Below are positions 1 through 10,907 of a stretch of DNA of 64,000 nucleotides, in pieces. The notes under the pieces are model-generated. The model was not told the DNA's origin. It ran no database searches and was given only the letters and a program-made list of their open reading frames with translations. Position 1 is the stretch's first letter. Each line of letters opens with the position of its first letter. The translations under genes were made by a program, and so were the position numbers. Source of the DNA: Nitrososphaeria archaeon (GTDB taxonomy: Archaea; Thermoproteota; Nitrososphaeria; Geothermarchaeales; JDFR-13); contig JALWXN010000004.1 of assembly GCA_027078545.1 (NCBI GenBank), forward strand, positions 512,001-576,000. The letters run 5' to 3'.

Positions 1-1839
1 GAGGAGCTTATCAGACTCTCATTTATAGGTCATAGGAAGGCGAATATCCCTCAGGATGTCCTCACGGTCTTATCAATTAGCTACTTGACTGGCAAGGTAG
101 ATATAAGGAACGGGAAAGTGAAGGAGAAGAGTCCATCCATACTCACGCTTATTCGTAATCTCAGGGATAGGCTTCAGAGGATTGATGAGGAGGTTTTTAA
201 AGCCATATGGGAGGACGAGGCCATAAATGGAGTCAAGTTTGGGGAGATAATTGAGATGCTCGGTAAAGCGTTTGAAGATAAGCGGTTTAGGGACTGGCTT
301 AGGAGAGAGGTCTCCACCAATGAGACAGTAACCGGGTGTAAGAAGAACTGTGTATACACATTAGCGATTAAGCTAGAGAGTGGGGAGGTAGTGGAACTGG
401 CCACAACTAGGCCCTATAAAAGATATCTGCTGGCTACAGAGATCTATCCAATAATCTCACCTAGAATCAACATTGTGAATGGCTACTGCTATGTATGCAA
501 CGAGAGGCGTATGGTGTTGACAGAGCCGATATTCCCACAGGCCTCACTACTAAAGATCTACACACTTGACAAGATCAGCTTTGTACAGGGGTTAGCGAGA
601 GATCCCAAAGGTAAGATGAGAAACTTCTCCATATGTCCAGAGTGTAACTTCCTAATTGTTGATGGCTTGAGGTATGTTGAGAATGAATATACCGTCAGAA
701 AGGTAGTCGTTGCTAGACACCGGGGTGGAGGCAAAGAGGGCGATAAACGTGATAATAACCTTTATGTAAATATGTATATAGTTCCAGCCGTTTCAAACAA
801 GAAGGTGGGGGTAGATCTCCTAGGTATTAATGAGGAGCTTAAAACTCTTTTCACTTGGGAGGATTGGAATTATTTGCAGAAATTCCTGAATAAGGTAAGA
901 GTAAAGCTGTCCCGGATTGCTGGGTCCATGTACTATATACATCTGATATTCGGGGGGACTAAGGCAAACAGTAGTGACTTTACATATGTGGGGTCGGTAC
1001 AGGATGTACCAGTATTTGACATGATTCGACTTGCTCAAATAGTTTCTGAGGTTAAACGCGAGAGTGGCTTCAAAGCAACAGATGCCCTTCTAAGGAACTT
1101 CCCAGTAGGGACATTGAAAAATATACTAAGAGTAGATCCGAAGGAAGAGGAAGTTAGTGTCCGTGATTTCCTATATCTAATGCGGGTACTTATGGTTAGA
1201 GAGCCATTTAATGATCATTTTCTATATATTTGGGCAGGGAAGACTGCTAAAGCATTGAGATTTAGATTGAATTGGTCTAAGACTAAGAATGCCGAAAAAA
1301 TATTCATTGATACGATACTAAAGTATTTGTTTCTGTTAAAGATTATTTATAAAATACTTGGAAAGAATAATATGGGTAGCATGTCTTCTAGCAATGCTAG
1401 CCAAGCCTCCCCCACTGATCAGGTTCTTGAGGAGACGCTGAAGTTACTTGAGGATGGAGAGCTGGCCAAGTTCATAAAATTTCTGGGGCTGGACAGAGCA
1501 AAGGCTGCATTATTCCTTCTTGGTGTCCTAGTGGCTGAGATAGGATGTGAACAGGCTAAGAAGGGAGATAACAGAAAAGCAGTTCTTAACAAACTTAAAT
1601 ACCCTGGCATGGATAGGTATGATGTAGTTGACCTTGCCAATTACATACCATTCGGTCTAAGGCACTACAGAATCTTTGGAGATTATGAGACTCTGTATTC
1701 AGCGGCAAAGAGACTTCTAGATATGGGTATTGAAGATCTCGGGACACCGGAAGAGAATCTTTTCTATATACTGAGCGGATATGCATATCAGACGTATCGC
1801 CTAAATAGTGGGGGAGGATGTGGTGAGGTGGAAGGTTAA
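1..1839 (+). CDS. cas8b: Type I-B large subunit Cas8b (Csh1/TM1802-like), 5'-truncated by window edge
   Basis: Frame is open from base 1. It has CxxC...CPEC Zn motifs and a C-terminal helical region (FLLGVL...FYILSGY) typical of Cas8b1, and lies directly upstream of cas7/cas5/cas3. Confidence 0.85.
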   Translation, partial: EELIRLSFIGHRKANIPQDVLTVLSISYLTGKVDIRNGKVKEKSPSILTLIRNLRDRLQRIDEEVFKAIWEDEAINGVKFGEIIEMLGKAFEDKRFRDWLRREVSTNETVTGCKKNCVYTLAIKLESGEVVELATTRPYKRYLLATEIYPIISPRINIVNGYCYVCNERRMVLTEPIFPQASLLKIYTLDKISFVQGLARDPKGKMRNFSICPECNFLIVDGLRYVENEYTVRKVVVARHRGGGKEGDKRDNNLYVNMYIVPAVSNKKVGVDLLGINEELKTLFTWEDWNYLQKFLNKVRVKLSRIAGSMYYIHLIFGGTKANSSDFTYVGSVQDVPVFDMIRLAQIVSEVKRESGFKATDALLRNFPVGTLKNILRVDPKEEEVSVRDFLYLMRVLMVREPFNDHFLYIWAGKTAKALRFRLNWSKTKNAEKIFIDTILKYLFLLKIIYKILGKNNMGSMSSSNASQASPTDQVLEETLKLLEDGELAKFIKFLGLDRAKAALFLLGVLVAEIGCEQAKKGDNRKAVLNKLKYPGMDRYDVVDLANYIPFGLRHYRIFGDYETLYSAAKRLLDMGIEDLGTPEENLFYILSGYAYQTYRLNSGGGCGEVEG

Positions 1840-1853
1840 GGAGGTGGGAGTAG

Positions 1854-2813
1854 ATGGATAGCGATATCCTGTTCATATACCAAGCCAAGATGGCTAACCC
1901 GAATGGGGATCCAGACGAGGAGAATAGGCCCAGGATGGATAAGTGGACGGGTAGGAACCTAGTCAGCGATGTTCGGCTTAAGAGATATCTAAGGGACTTG
2001 ATAATAGAGGAGGAAGGTTGGGAGAGAATCTGGGTAACAAAAGTCGAGGATAAACATGTAAGGGCTGAAGAAAGGCTCCATAAAATACCTGGTATAACCA
2101 ACGAAAGTGAACCTGAGGAAATAATAAGTAGAGTTACTTCCCAATGCATAGACGCTAGATTATTTGGGGCTACAATACCTATTCAATCAAAGGGTAAGGG
2201 TGAGGGAGAGACTCGCGGGAAGGGCCGCTCCATTAGTATAACAGGCCCTGTACAATTTACTTGGGGGTTTTCACTGCATAAGGTACAGCAGATGGAATGC
2301 ACTATAACGTCTATGTTTAAAGGTCGTCCGGGAGGTTCTGATGATGAAGGTGAGGCTGGTACGATGGGAAAGGACTATAGGGTGTACTATTCAATGATCG
2401 CTTTCTATGGGAGAGTGAGTAGTCAGAGGGCCAAGTATACTGGACTGACCTCTAAGGACTTGGAGAAGTACATCGATGGAAAGCTCTGGGAGGCTCTCAA
2501 AAGAATGACTAATACTAGGAGTAAGATAGGCCAGTCGCCACTACTATACATGAGGATACAGTATGAGGAGCCATTCTCAATCGGTGATCTGAGATCCCTC
2601 ATCGAGGTGGAGGAGCTAAAGGAGTCGATAAGGGATATGGATGACCTCAAGGTGAGCTTTGATAAGCTTGTGAAGCGATTAGAGGAGGTCAAGGACAAAA
2701 TTGTGACGGTAGTGTTGAAGGTGAATAAGGACTTCGAGGAGAGATTCGGTATTGCCAAGATATTGAAGGACAGCGCGGTTGGTGACAAGGTGAAGGCGGA
2801 GGACATGGTTTAG
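1854..2813 (+). CDS. cas7: Type I-B Cas7 (Csh2)
   Basis: ANPNGDPDEENRPRMD, VSDVRLKRYLRD, DARLFGA, SITGPVQF and TRSKIGQ are Csh2 signature motifs. Confidence 0.95.
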   Translation: MDSDILFIYQAKMANPNGDPDEENRPRMDKWTGRNLVSDVRLKRYLRDLIIEEEGWERIWVTKVEDKHVRAEERLHKIPGITNESEPEEIISRVTSQCIDARLFGATIPIQSKGKGEGETRGKGRSISITGPVQFTWGFSLHKVQQMECTITSMFKGRPGGSDDEGEAGTMGKDYRVYYSMIAFYGRVSSQRAKYTGLTSKDLEKYIDGKLWEALKRMTNTRSKIGQSPLLYMRIQYEEPFSIGDLRSLIEVEELKESIRDMDDLKVSFDKLVKRLEEVKDKIVTVVLKVNKDFEERFGIAKILKDSAVGDKVKAEDMV

Positions 2814-2834
2814 CCCTGCCGGTGCATAGGTAGG

Positions 2835-3638
2835 ATGAAGGAGCTTGAGCTGACCTGGTTCGACGTTAAGGGCTATATGGCCCACTTCAGAAAATTTTTC
2901 TCGACTACCACATCCCTGTCCTATATATTCCCACCGAGGACAACACTAATGGGCCTTGTAGCTGCAATAATAGGGATGGATAGAGACTCGTACTACGAGC
3001 TTTTCTCGCCTAGGAACTTATTCATAAGTGTTAGGATACTGTCACCCATACGAGTGGTTTTACAGGCGATTAACCATTTAAAGGTAAAGGAGCAACCAGA
3101 GCACAATATCAGAGGCTTGTATAGGGATAAAACTGGGCGTCTTAGGACATATGAGAGGATACAAGTCACAACAGAGTACGTGATTAATGGTTGGAGTTCT
3201 GAGGACTCACTAACCTATAGAGTCTATCTGGCAAGTTTATCACGTGATACGAGTGATTATGTTGAGACGCTTAAAAACTATCTGTCAAGAAGGATATCAA
3301 TGTATCCTATATCTTTAGGTCCTGCTTATGCTTTAGCTTGGATAGACAAGTATGGAACATTGACGGCGGAGGTAAAGACGTCCACAGGTGTTAATCATAT
3401 AGATCTAGTTTCTCCAGTTCCACTAGATTATGTTCAGGAAATCGATACTGGTTATGATAATAAATCCATTTATTATGAAGAAAAGGTTCCAAGGGACATG
3501 ATGAGTGGAAGAATTATTAGATCAACAGCTGATTATCTGGTTCCTGTGGGTAAACCGTTGAAGGTGAGGCTCACTGAGGGAGTTAAGTATTATACCTTCC
3601 TTGAAGATGGATATATCCTCTCCGTAACAGCTCTATGA
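2835..3638 (+). CDS. cas5: Type I-B Cas5
   Basis: N-terminal GYMAHFRKF..TTTSLSY.FPPRTTLMGLVAAIIG Cas5h motif. Confidence 0.93.
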   Translation: MKELELTWFDVKGYMAHFRKFFSTTTSLSYIFPPRTTLMGLVAAIIGMDRDSYYELFSPRNLFISVRILSPIRVVLQAINHLKVKEQPEHNIRGLYRDKTGRLRTYERIQVTTEYVINGWSSEDSLTYRVYLASLSRDTSDYVETLKNYLSRRISMYPISLGPAYALAWIDKYGTLTAEVKTSTGVNHIDLVSPVPLDYVQEIDTGYDNKSIYYEEKVPRDMMSGRIIRSTADYLVPVGKPLKVRLTEGVKYYTFLEDGYILSVTAL

Positions 3639-6229
3639 GGAGGGAAAAAGAGATGAATACTCAGTTTATCTCACACAGACCTTCTTACCCCCTAGGGAAA
3701 CATCTTCTGGAAGTATCGGGGTTGTCTTATAGGTTCGCCGAAAAGACAGGGGTGGAGGGCAAGATCATTGAGGTTGCTAGATATATAGGGGCCCTGCATG
3801 ATGTGGGGAAATATACAACATTTTTCCAGAGATATATCAGGAGGAAGCGGAGTAGATATCGAGGTAGGCATTCTCTTGTATCAGCCGTGATAGCCTATGA
3901 GGCCTCTAAGATATACGGTCCATTGGAAGACATGGGTATGGCTGAGCGGTTAGCCTACATTTTTGTACCTATTGCTTCTCACCACACTAGCCTTGACAGT
4001 CCTCATGTAAACCAATACGTCATCGACAACAATGAGACAATGTTATCTGATCAGCTGAACGATCTTTTCTTAAACAAGGAAAAGATATTTGAGGACCTTC
4101 GAAATTATGGTCTAGACTGGTTAATCACACCTTTAGACAAAACGTTTTCAAGACTAAAAGATCCGAGTACCTATATCGAGGGCCTAAGAGACGAGCTAAT
4201 CGAAGTAAACCTAGACATCTCAGAAAAAATTGAGCATTTGTCCTCGGAGGGTATGGCAGGTACATTGGAGTATTATCTTAAGTCAAAACTATTGTTTTCG
4301 ATCCTGATAGATGCGGACAAGAGAGCAGCCAGTGGTCTCATGGAGTCTCACGAGAATACGACCCATCTGATGAGTACTCATATCGAATCCTTCATAACGA
4401 GGTTCCCAGTAGAAGGGATTAACTGTGATCGTAGGCGTCTATTTGAGGTGCTTATGAAAAGGCTCTGTAGACTCTCCCCTCATGAGTATGATGTTTATGT
4501 AGTTAATGCGCCTACTGGGGCTGGTAAGACGTTGATGGGTATATATACTGCGCTTTGGATTAGGGAGCGTCTCGATGGGGATGGTCTTAGGAGGCCTGTG
4601 ATCTATGCCCTCCCACTCATAAATATTGTGGAGCAGACATACGAGGTAGTTAAGAAGATCTATTCAGAGGTACTTGGGGTTGATCATCCCGAGCCTGGTC
4701 AGCTTCTCAAGTATCACCATTTAAGCATGGTTGGGCATTTCGAGAGTAGGGATGACGAAAGGCCGGTCGATGAGCTCCTCCTCTCGGTGGACTCGTGGGA
4801 ATCCGACTTTATAGTCACCACTTTCAACCAGGTCATCGAGGCCTTTGTAAAGCCCCAGAATTCGTTGAATAAGAAGCTGCACAACATGGTTCCCTCGATA
4901 ATTATCATTGATGAGGTCCAGGCCCTGCCCACTGAGTACTGGCTCCTCCTACGGAGGCTTATCGAGGAGACTACGAGGGTATACGGGATAAAGTATGTCT
5001 TGATGAGCGCCACTATACCCCCATGGATAGTTAAGAGTGGAGACTTCAGATGGGTGGAGCTCCTGACCAACGAAAGAATAATCAATAGGATGGGTTGGGG
5101 ATATAACAGGTGGCGCCTAGTCGACCAGTCCCAGGCCGATATGGATACGGATGGCCTCGTGGATATAGCCTGTGAAATGGTTGATAGGTATGGGTCGCTA
5201 CTCATAGTGGTTAACACCATCCCAAGGTCCAAGGAGGTCTACCAAAGGCTCCGTAAGAAGCTATGCGCGAAATACAAGGTGGTGAAGTACCACACAGGAA
5301 AACAGCTCTGGTGTAGGGATAAGGGGGCCACGATAATCCTTAGCTACCTATCCACGAACGTCGTTCCAAAGGAGCGTATAGCTAGGATAGAGCGTCTCAA
5401 GCACCTGATCAGCGAGGGCTGGAGAGTAGTCCTAGTAAGTACGCAGGCCGTGGAGGCGGGTGTGGATATCGACTTCGAGGCGGGTATAAGGGATGTTGCC
5501 CCGATAGACTCGATTATACAGGTGGCCGGTAGGTGTAACAGGAATGCCAGGGGCGATCCTGCTCCGCTCCACCTAGTAAGGCTATGTAGACAAAGCGTTG
5601 ATGATGCTGAGGAGGGAGGGAGTAGTGAGAAGAGGTGCGATGCCAGGATTATATATGGCGTGGTGAGTGATGAGATCACGAGGGAGTCGTTGGAGGAGCT
5701 TAGGCGTGAGCTAAGGGATGACATTACGGAGAGGGATATGCTTCTCCGTATAGGGAGGATATTCGACAAGGTTGTTAGGAACAAGGCTGTGGAGACTAGT
5801 GACGCCTCTAAAAACGTCCTGAAGAAGATGGCTATGATAAGCCCTAGGGATAATGAGGTCAAGAACTTCAGTCTGCTGGAGGAGGGCTACAAGGCCGTGG
5901 ATATCTATGTAGAGCTCGATGATGAAGCGGTGAGGCTGAGGGAGGAGTATAACGACCTGGTAAACCAGTATAGAGATCTCCTCAGGAGGTTCTCAGAGGG
6001 TAGGGCCGAGCTTAAGGATGTTATCAACATGAGGAGGAGGCTTAGGTTGAAGTGGGCAGAGATGAGTAGGTACATAGCCAGCGACATACCCAGCAGAGTT
6101 TATATTGGTGATTATGAGGAGTGGGGGGATGCGGGGCTATATGTTGTGCGTAGCGAGGATGTTGGACACTTCTACGACCTAGTTACTGGGATAGTGCATA
6201 GGGATGGGGAGGGCACGGTCATAGACTAG
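3635..6229 (+). CDS. cas3: Cas3 HD nuclease/helicase (type I-B)
   Basis: HD motifs (HL...LHDVGK, H, SHH, DAD), APTGAGKT, DEVQ, MSAT, STQAVEAGVDID and QVAGRCNR. Confidence 0.96.
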   Translation: MRREKEMNTQFISHRPSYPLGKHLLEVSGLSYRFAEKTGVEGKIIEVARYIGALHDVGKYTTFFQRYIRRKRSRYRGRHSLVSAVIAYEASKIYGPLEDMGMAERLAYIFVPIASHHTSLDSPHVNQYVIDNNETMLSDQLNDLFLNKEKIFEDLRNYGLDWLITPLDKTFSRLKDPSTYIEGLRDELIEVNLDISEKIEHLSSEGMAGTLEYYLKSKLLFSILIDADKRAASGLMESHENTTHLMSTHIESFITRFPVEGINCDRRRLFEVLMKRLCRLSPHEYDVYVVNAPTGAGKTLMGIYTALWIRERLDGDGLRRPVIYALPLINIVEQTYEVVKKIYSEVLGVDHPEPGQLLKYHHLSMVGHFESRDDERPVDELLLSVDSWESDFIVTTFNQVIEAFVKPQNSLNKKLHNMVPSIIIIDEVQALPTEYWLLLRRLIEETTRVYGIKYVLMSATIPPWIVKSGDFRWVELLTNERIINRMGWGYNRWRLVDQSQADMDTDGLVDIACEMVDRYGSLLIVVNTIPRSKEVYQRLRKKLCAKYKVVKYHTGKQLWCRDKGATIILSYLSTNVVPKERIARIERLKHLISEGWRVVLVSTQAVEAGVDIDFEAGIRDVAPIDSIIQVAGRCNRNARGDPAPLHLVRLCRQSVDDAEEGGSSEKRCDARIIYGVVSDEITRESLEELRRELRDDITERDMLLRIGRIFDKVVRNKAVETSDASKNVLKKMAMISPRDNEVKNFSLLEEGYKAVDIYVELDDEAVRLREEYNDLVNQYRDLLRRFSEGRAELKDVINMRRRLRLKWAEMSRYIASDIPSRVYIGDYEEWGDAGLYVVRSEDVGHFYDLVTGIVHRDGEGTVID

Positions 6230-6230
6230 C

Positions 6231-6497
6231 CTATATGATGAAGTCTGTGGGCGCCTTCTCCCTACCCAGAACCTCCTTCTTGAGGAACTTCTCGGATGGG
6301 AGGCGGTAGATAAGTATTGAGTCCTCATCCTCGTCGATGATCTCCCTCAGCATCTCCTTAAGCCTCCTCAGGTTGGCCTCCGTGATCTCACCCTCGAAGA
6401 CGCTGTTCTGAACCCAGTTGAGATAGACCCTACAGGTCTTCAACACCTTACCAAGCCTCTCAACGTTGATGTCATAGACCAGGATGACATATACCAT
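6231..6497 (-). CDS. cas2: Cas2
   Basis: YVILVYDI...WVQNSVFEG...DSILIY; 88 aa. Confidence 0.96.
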   Translation of the reverse strand: MVYVILVYDINVERLGKVLKTCRVYLNWVQNSVFEGEITEANLRRLKEMLREIIDEDEDSILIYRLPSEKFLKKEVLGREKAPTDFII

Positions 6498-6510
6498 GCC
6501 TGGCAGCCCC

Positions 6511-7494
6511 CTATAGCTTCAAGACATATGGCCTATACTCCTCATCCCTCATCAGGTGCCTCTCAATCTTATACAGCTCTATACGTATAAGCCTCTCATA
6601 CTTCATCCTCCTCTTCCCACTCCGGAATGTCGCCTCCAGCCTATCGTTAAACTCCTTCACAAACCTCTTCATAGCCTCGCTGGTCATGAAGACCCCCTTC
6701 ACATCGTTGTGGAAGTCCCTAGGCGTTATCACCCTATTGTTCACAAGGTTGAATATAGTCCTATCGACGAATAGTGGCTTGAATATCTCGGCCACGTCTA
6801 GGTTCAGGGTGAAGCTCCTGAAGTTGGACTCGTGGAGATACCCTATACGGGGATCAAGCCTCGTCCGGTATATCTGGCCGAGCACCACCCTGTAGAGCAG
6901 GCTGTTCCCAAAGCTTATCAAGGCGTTTATCCTGTTCTCCGGTGGCCTCTTACTCCTCCTGTCGAAGCCGAAGCCCTCCCTAGTGATTATCCTGTTCCAA
7001 GCCATGTAATAGACCTTCCTAGCCCCACCCTCTAGGGCGAGTAGCTCTCCTATGGAGTCGATATTCCCCAGGTTCTCCAGCCTCCCCCTAAGTATTGATA
7101 TGGCGTCGTCGAGGTCCCTACCCTTCCTCCTATAATACATGAGCAGCCCAATCATATTCCTTATCGATCCCTCAACGAACTTCTTTGCGAGCCCTAGGCG
7201 GCACTCAGGGTTGAGGTAGCATTCAGCCTGTTTAACAGTCATGTAGCCAGAGGCGTAGAATAGCCGGGGGTAGAATGTGCCTACGTAGTGGCCATAGTAG
7301 TCGAAGAGGTGGAGTAGGATCCTGTTCTTATTGAGGAACTCGAGGAGCCTCTTATTGAACTCCACCTCTGAGAAGACGTAGATCTCGCTGACATTCGTCA
7401 CGGGTATAGATCTCTTCCCACCCTCGTAGTAGAGGTAGAGTGTGTTCCCACTCCTCTTCAAGACCCCATTCCGGAATATGTAGAGCCTCTTCAA
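6511..7494 (-). CDS. cas1: Cas1 (I-B-type)
   Basis: EG...Y, RSKRPPENRINALISFGNSLLY, GYLH and LDVAEIFKP motifs. Confidence 0.97.
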   Translation of the reverse strand: MKRLYIFRNGVLKRSGNTLYLYYEGGKRSIPVTNVSEIYVFSEVEFNKRLLEFLNKNRILLHLFDYYGHYVGTFYPRLFYASGYMTVKQAECYLNPECRLGLAKKFVEGSIRNMIGLLMYYRRKGRDLDDAISILRGRLENLGNIDSIGELLALEGGARKVYYMAWNRIITREGFGFDRRSKRPPENRINALISFGNSLLYRVVLGQIYRTRLDPRIGYLHESNFRSFTLNLDVAEIFKPLFVDRTIFNLVNNRVITPRDFHNDVKGVFMTSEAMKRFVKEFNDRLEATFRSGKRRMKYERLIRIELYKIERHLMRDEEYRPYVLKL

Positions 7495-8012
7495 CCCTCG
7501 GTACCCCAGCAGAAGTCCCTGTATCCACAGCGGTTACAGAACCTGATCTTCTTTGGGGGTGGGGGCCTAGGCATCATGACTATCTCCCTGATCTCCCTCA
7601 GGACATCCTCCAACATCTCTATATCCCCCTCCTCGAGGGTGACCCTGAATGTCTTATGCTCACGTGGAACCTTTATCCTACCCTCCATCTCCACGCCGAG
7701 CTCCCTCAGCCTGTAGAGATAGTACTTCAGCTGGAGCCTAGCAGCCTCGATGAAGGATGAGGAGGTCTTCACCTCATAGACCAGCTTCCTACCCCTTACA
7801 ACAACGTCGAACTTGACCCCCTCCAGCCCAACCTCCTTAGTCTCGGTGTCGAAGCTCGTCTCATGAATGGCGCGGCCCAGGTCTATCCGGGGGTCCTCCT
7901 CGTCAGGAGTTATGCTCCGCGCCATCAGCCATACCTGCCTCTTACAGATGGCGTAGTACCAGAGGAGAGTACCGGTTATCGCCCTATCCCCATCGAGGAA
8001 GTAGCTCATCAA
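7491..8012 (-). CDS. cas4: Cas4
   Basis: YYAICKRQVWL, G..IHE, D..EVK, QL.YY and C-terminal CxxCxYxxxC Fe-S motif. Confidence 0.95.
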   Translation of the reverse strand: MMSYFLDGDRAITGTLLWYYAICKRQVWLMARSITPDEEDPRIDLGRAIHETSFDTETKEVGLEGVKFDVVVRGRKLVYEVKTSSSFIEAARLQLKYYLYRLRELGVEMEGRIKVPREHKTFRVTLEEGDIEMLEDVLREIREIVMMPRPPPPKKIRFCNRCGYRDFCWGTEG

Positions 8013-8055
8013 GAAAAATGTATGGTTTTACGTCGAATAAAATCAGCCCGGGAAG

Positions 8056-8823
8056 CTATCCATCGAGAATCTTGAAGAGGCCGAAGCCCTGTGGATTCTT
8101 GGAGCCCAGCCCCGCCTCATATACAACCCTTATCAGGCCCAGTGACCCCCTGAGCCTATACAGGCCCTTCCAGCCCTTGATGACCGTCCCCTTGTAATAC
8201 GTCACGACCTCCTTGGGCCTCTTAATAGGAGTGATCTCTAGGTACATCTCGCCGGGGTCGCCGTGGAGTATGCTATACTTCCTCCTAGCATTCATGTTTA
8301 TAAGCTCGGTGAACTCCCTCTCCACCGGGTTGTAGTAATATGTCTTCCTCCTACCGTCGGGTGTCTGGAGGGTTGAATATACGGTGACTGGGCTGAGCAT
8401 CCTAATCCTATACTCAGCATCCTCCCTGTCATCCCCTCCCCATCTACGGTTCTCTACATGGATACTGACAACCCTGTAGCTCGAGCCACCTATCCTGACA
8501 AACCTATTCCTAGTCAGGCCAGTGACAAACTCGTCGATAAAGGTCTTTATAGGCGAGGATATGTAGAGAGACATCTCCCCCACGGGGATACCCACGCCCC
8601 CAGCCCTGTCCCACTTGACACCCCCAAGGATATCCGAGAAGCAGAAGAGCTTAAAACTCCTCCCACCAACCCTGAAGCCCTCCTGGTGGAGGAAACGGCT
8701 CAGCTCGGGGGAGACCACCCGGTAGACCATGCTCTGCACAGCATATCTATAGTGGAGAGGGATGGGATCATCCCCAACAAACACAACCCTAACCCTAACC
8801 ACAGACAGACTAATCACACACAC
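8056..8823 (-). CDS. cas6: Cas6 endoribonuclease
   Basis: LH..G...FKLFCFS and C-terminal GLGSKNPQGFG loop; divergent from the array 1 leader. Confidence 0.95.
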   Translation of the reverse strand: MCVISLSVVRVRVVFVGDDPIPLHYRYAVQSMVYRVVSPELSRFLHQEGFRVGGRSFKLFCFSDILGGVKWDRAGGVGIPVGEMSLYISSPIKTFIDEFVTGLTRNRFVRIGGSSYRVVSIHVENRRWGGDDREDAEYRIRMLSPVTVYSTLQTPDGRRKTYYYNPVEREFTELINMNARRKYSILHGDPGEMYLEITPIKRPKEVVTYYKGTVIKGWKGLYRLRGSLGLIRVVYEAGLGSKNPQGFGLFKILDG

Positions 8824-8956
8824 GAGAAATAAACCACAAAACCTACAAAGCGACCAGGTTTATATACCTCCTCCGCTGGGCTTGGCGGTCGCTACCCAAT
8901 CCTTAAAAAACCACTTAAAACCTAAGAAAACAGAATAAAATTAATACAAACCCAGA
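8824..8956 (+). promoter_or_regulatory. Array 1 leader / divergent cas6 promoter region
   Basis: AT-rich non-coding stretch with TTTATATA and TTAAAA boxes next to the first intact repeat. Confidence 0.75.
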
Positions 8957-9906
8957 GTTCCAGCATACCTACGAGGGTTCGAAACCTACACCAACTACAC
9001 CTGTGAGTATCCACCACTTATAGTTCCAGCATACCTACGAGGGTTCGAAACAATATGGCTTGAAAAATACGGCGATAAAGATGGACTATGTTCCAGCATA
9101 CCTACGAGGGTTCGAAACCACCAAGTAGGATAGCACAGCTGATAAACACTAGGCGTTCCAGCATACCTACGAGGGTTCGAAACAAGTTGTAATAGGAATA
9201 GGTTTGGTGGGTATATAAGTGTTCCAGCATACCTACGAGGGTTCGAAACGTATGTCGTCTAGGAATATCACTGGTATATCCTCGAGGTTCCAGCATACCT
9301 ACGAGGGTTCGAAACGGTAGTTAGCCGTTAGGATGAACGACACCTTCTCATGTTCCAGCATACCTACGAGGGTTCGAAACCACTAGCCACGACCCTTTCT
9401 TCTTCCTCTCTTCCCAGTTCCAGCATACCTACGAGGGTTCGAAACTATCTGTCCTCACCAACATTCTCCATATATTCCAGCGGTTCCAGCATACCTACGA
9501 GGGTTCGAAACCTCCTAGTGGTCGGGGTGCTGGCTGGCCTAGTATACGAGTTCCAGCATACCTACGAGGGTTCGAAACGTGTGAGGACACCGCCCACATA
9601 GTCCCCCAATGTCTCGTTCCAGCATACCTACGAGGGTTCGAAACCTCGACATAGTGATCACCCCAGGTGGACTTTTTCTTGTTCCAGCATACCTACGAGG
9701 GTTCGAAACTGTCAGTGTTTTTCTCGTCTATCTCTAGTAGCTCGTAGTTCCAGCATACCTACGAGGGTTCGAAACTATGGTAAAAACGGGGTGATGAGAT
9801 GCCAGTAGTCGGTTCCAGCATACCTACGAGGGTTCGAAACTGAATATCTCCTTCAGCTTCTCAACGGCCTCGTCGGGGTTCCAGCATACCTATGAGGGTT
9901 CGGAGT
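8957..9906 (+). CRISPR. CRISPR array 1: 15 repeats / 14 spacers (36-38 nt), repeat GTTCCAGCATACCTACGAGGGTTCGAAAC
   Basis: 29-nt direct repeats counted by eye. The last copy (9878-9906) is degenerate, the leader is on the left and the repeat ends in GAAAC, so it is transcribed on +. Confidence 0.98.
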
Positions 9907-10047
9907 GGGTGTTGTCTGTGTTTTGTTCTTGGTATGTTTGTGGTGGTTTGGTTAGATGTGCTTTTGCTATGAGTGAGGTATTTTTGTTTGGATGTTGGGA
10001 TTTATTGGTTGTGTTCTCTTTGGTCTCCACGGTCTATGTTGCTGTGT

Positions 10048-10404
10048 CTACTTGTTGCAGTATGTTTTCCGTATTTTGTAGTCGTCTCTGAGGAATACTC
10101 CGTCTCGGCATATCTCGTCTGCTATTGGGTCTCCCTTTGTGAAGAGCCTCTTAAGCTCCCCGGGGTTTAGGGGTATTACTTCGTAGTTGGGTGGTGGGTC
10201 TATCTTCCTGAGCCTCTCTGGGGGCCTACCCTTGAATACTTCTGATATGAGGACGATGTCGACGTCGCTCCACTCGTTGAAGTCTCCCCTGGCGTATGAC
10301 CCGATCAGGACCGCTGTACATTTGAAGCCTAGGCCCCGTGCCCACTCCATCGCCTCGGCGATGACCCTACTCCTTATTTCCCGCCTCTCCTCAATGATCC
10401 CCAT
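10048..10404 (-). CDS. Minimal nucleotidyltransferase (MNT antitoxin-like)
   Basis: GSYARGD...SDVDIV pol-beta motif; overlaps the HEPN gene. The start at ATG 10404 is inferred. Confidence 0.88.
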   Translation of the reverse strand: MGIIEERREIRSRVIAEAMEWARGLGFKCTAVLIGSYARGDFNEWSDVDIVLISEVFKGRPPERLRKIDPPPNYEVIPLNPGELKRLFTKGDPIADEICRDGVFLRDDYKIRKTYCNK

Positions 10405-10790
10405 GTCTCTTCCACCCACTTGAGGAGTCTCCAGGCCTGTGTCAACGCCTCTCTACAGTCCGCCTCGGTGTAGTAGTCCATCGGCGTTCCCTCGCCCCAG
10501 ACGTCTGGATACCTCGTGGGGATATACAGCTTATCCAGCATCCTAGCAGCCTCAAAAACCTCCGTGGGAACCTCAATGTATTCGGATAATTGTTTAAGCA
10601 ATATAGTTATGCTATGCCCACCCCTCCTAAACCCCAACCCATACATCAACGCCTTTACAGCGAACCCAGCCGCCTGCTGAGCCTTGAAACAAGCCCAGTT
10701 ATAAAACTCATTCTCCAGGTCTGAAGTTGCAGACTCGAGAGTCTCCCTAGCTGTAGAAATCCATCTACTAAACTCATCATTATCCAGCAT
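10374..10790 (-). CDS. HEPN domain protein (HEPN-MNT pair)
   Basis: YNWACFKAQQAA..AVKA...GHSI...LDKLYIPTRYPD archaeal HEPN signature. Confidence 0.9.
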   Translation of the reverse strand: MLDNDEFSRWISTARETLESATSDLENEFYNWACFKAQQAAGFAVKALMYGLGFRRGGHSITILLKQLSEYIEVPTEVFEAARMLDKLYIPTRYPDVWGEGTPMDYYTEADCREALTQAWRLLKWVEETWGSLRRGGK

Positions 10791-10907
10791 ACCACTCTAA
10801 CATACCAACCTACCTATCACAGTAATATACTCAACTGCGCAAGCATTCCACAAAACATCACACCAAGACCTCGACTCACAGACACTCAAGCATCTACCAT
10901 ACACCAC

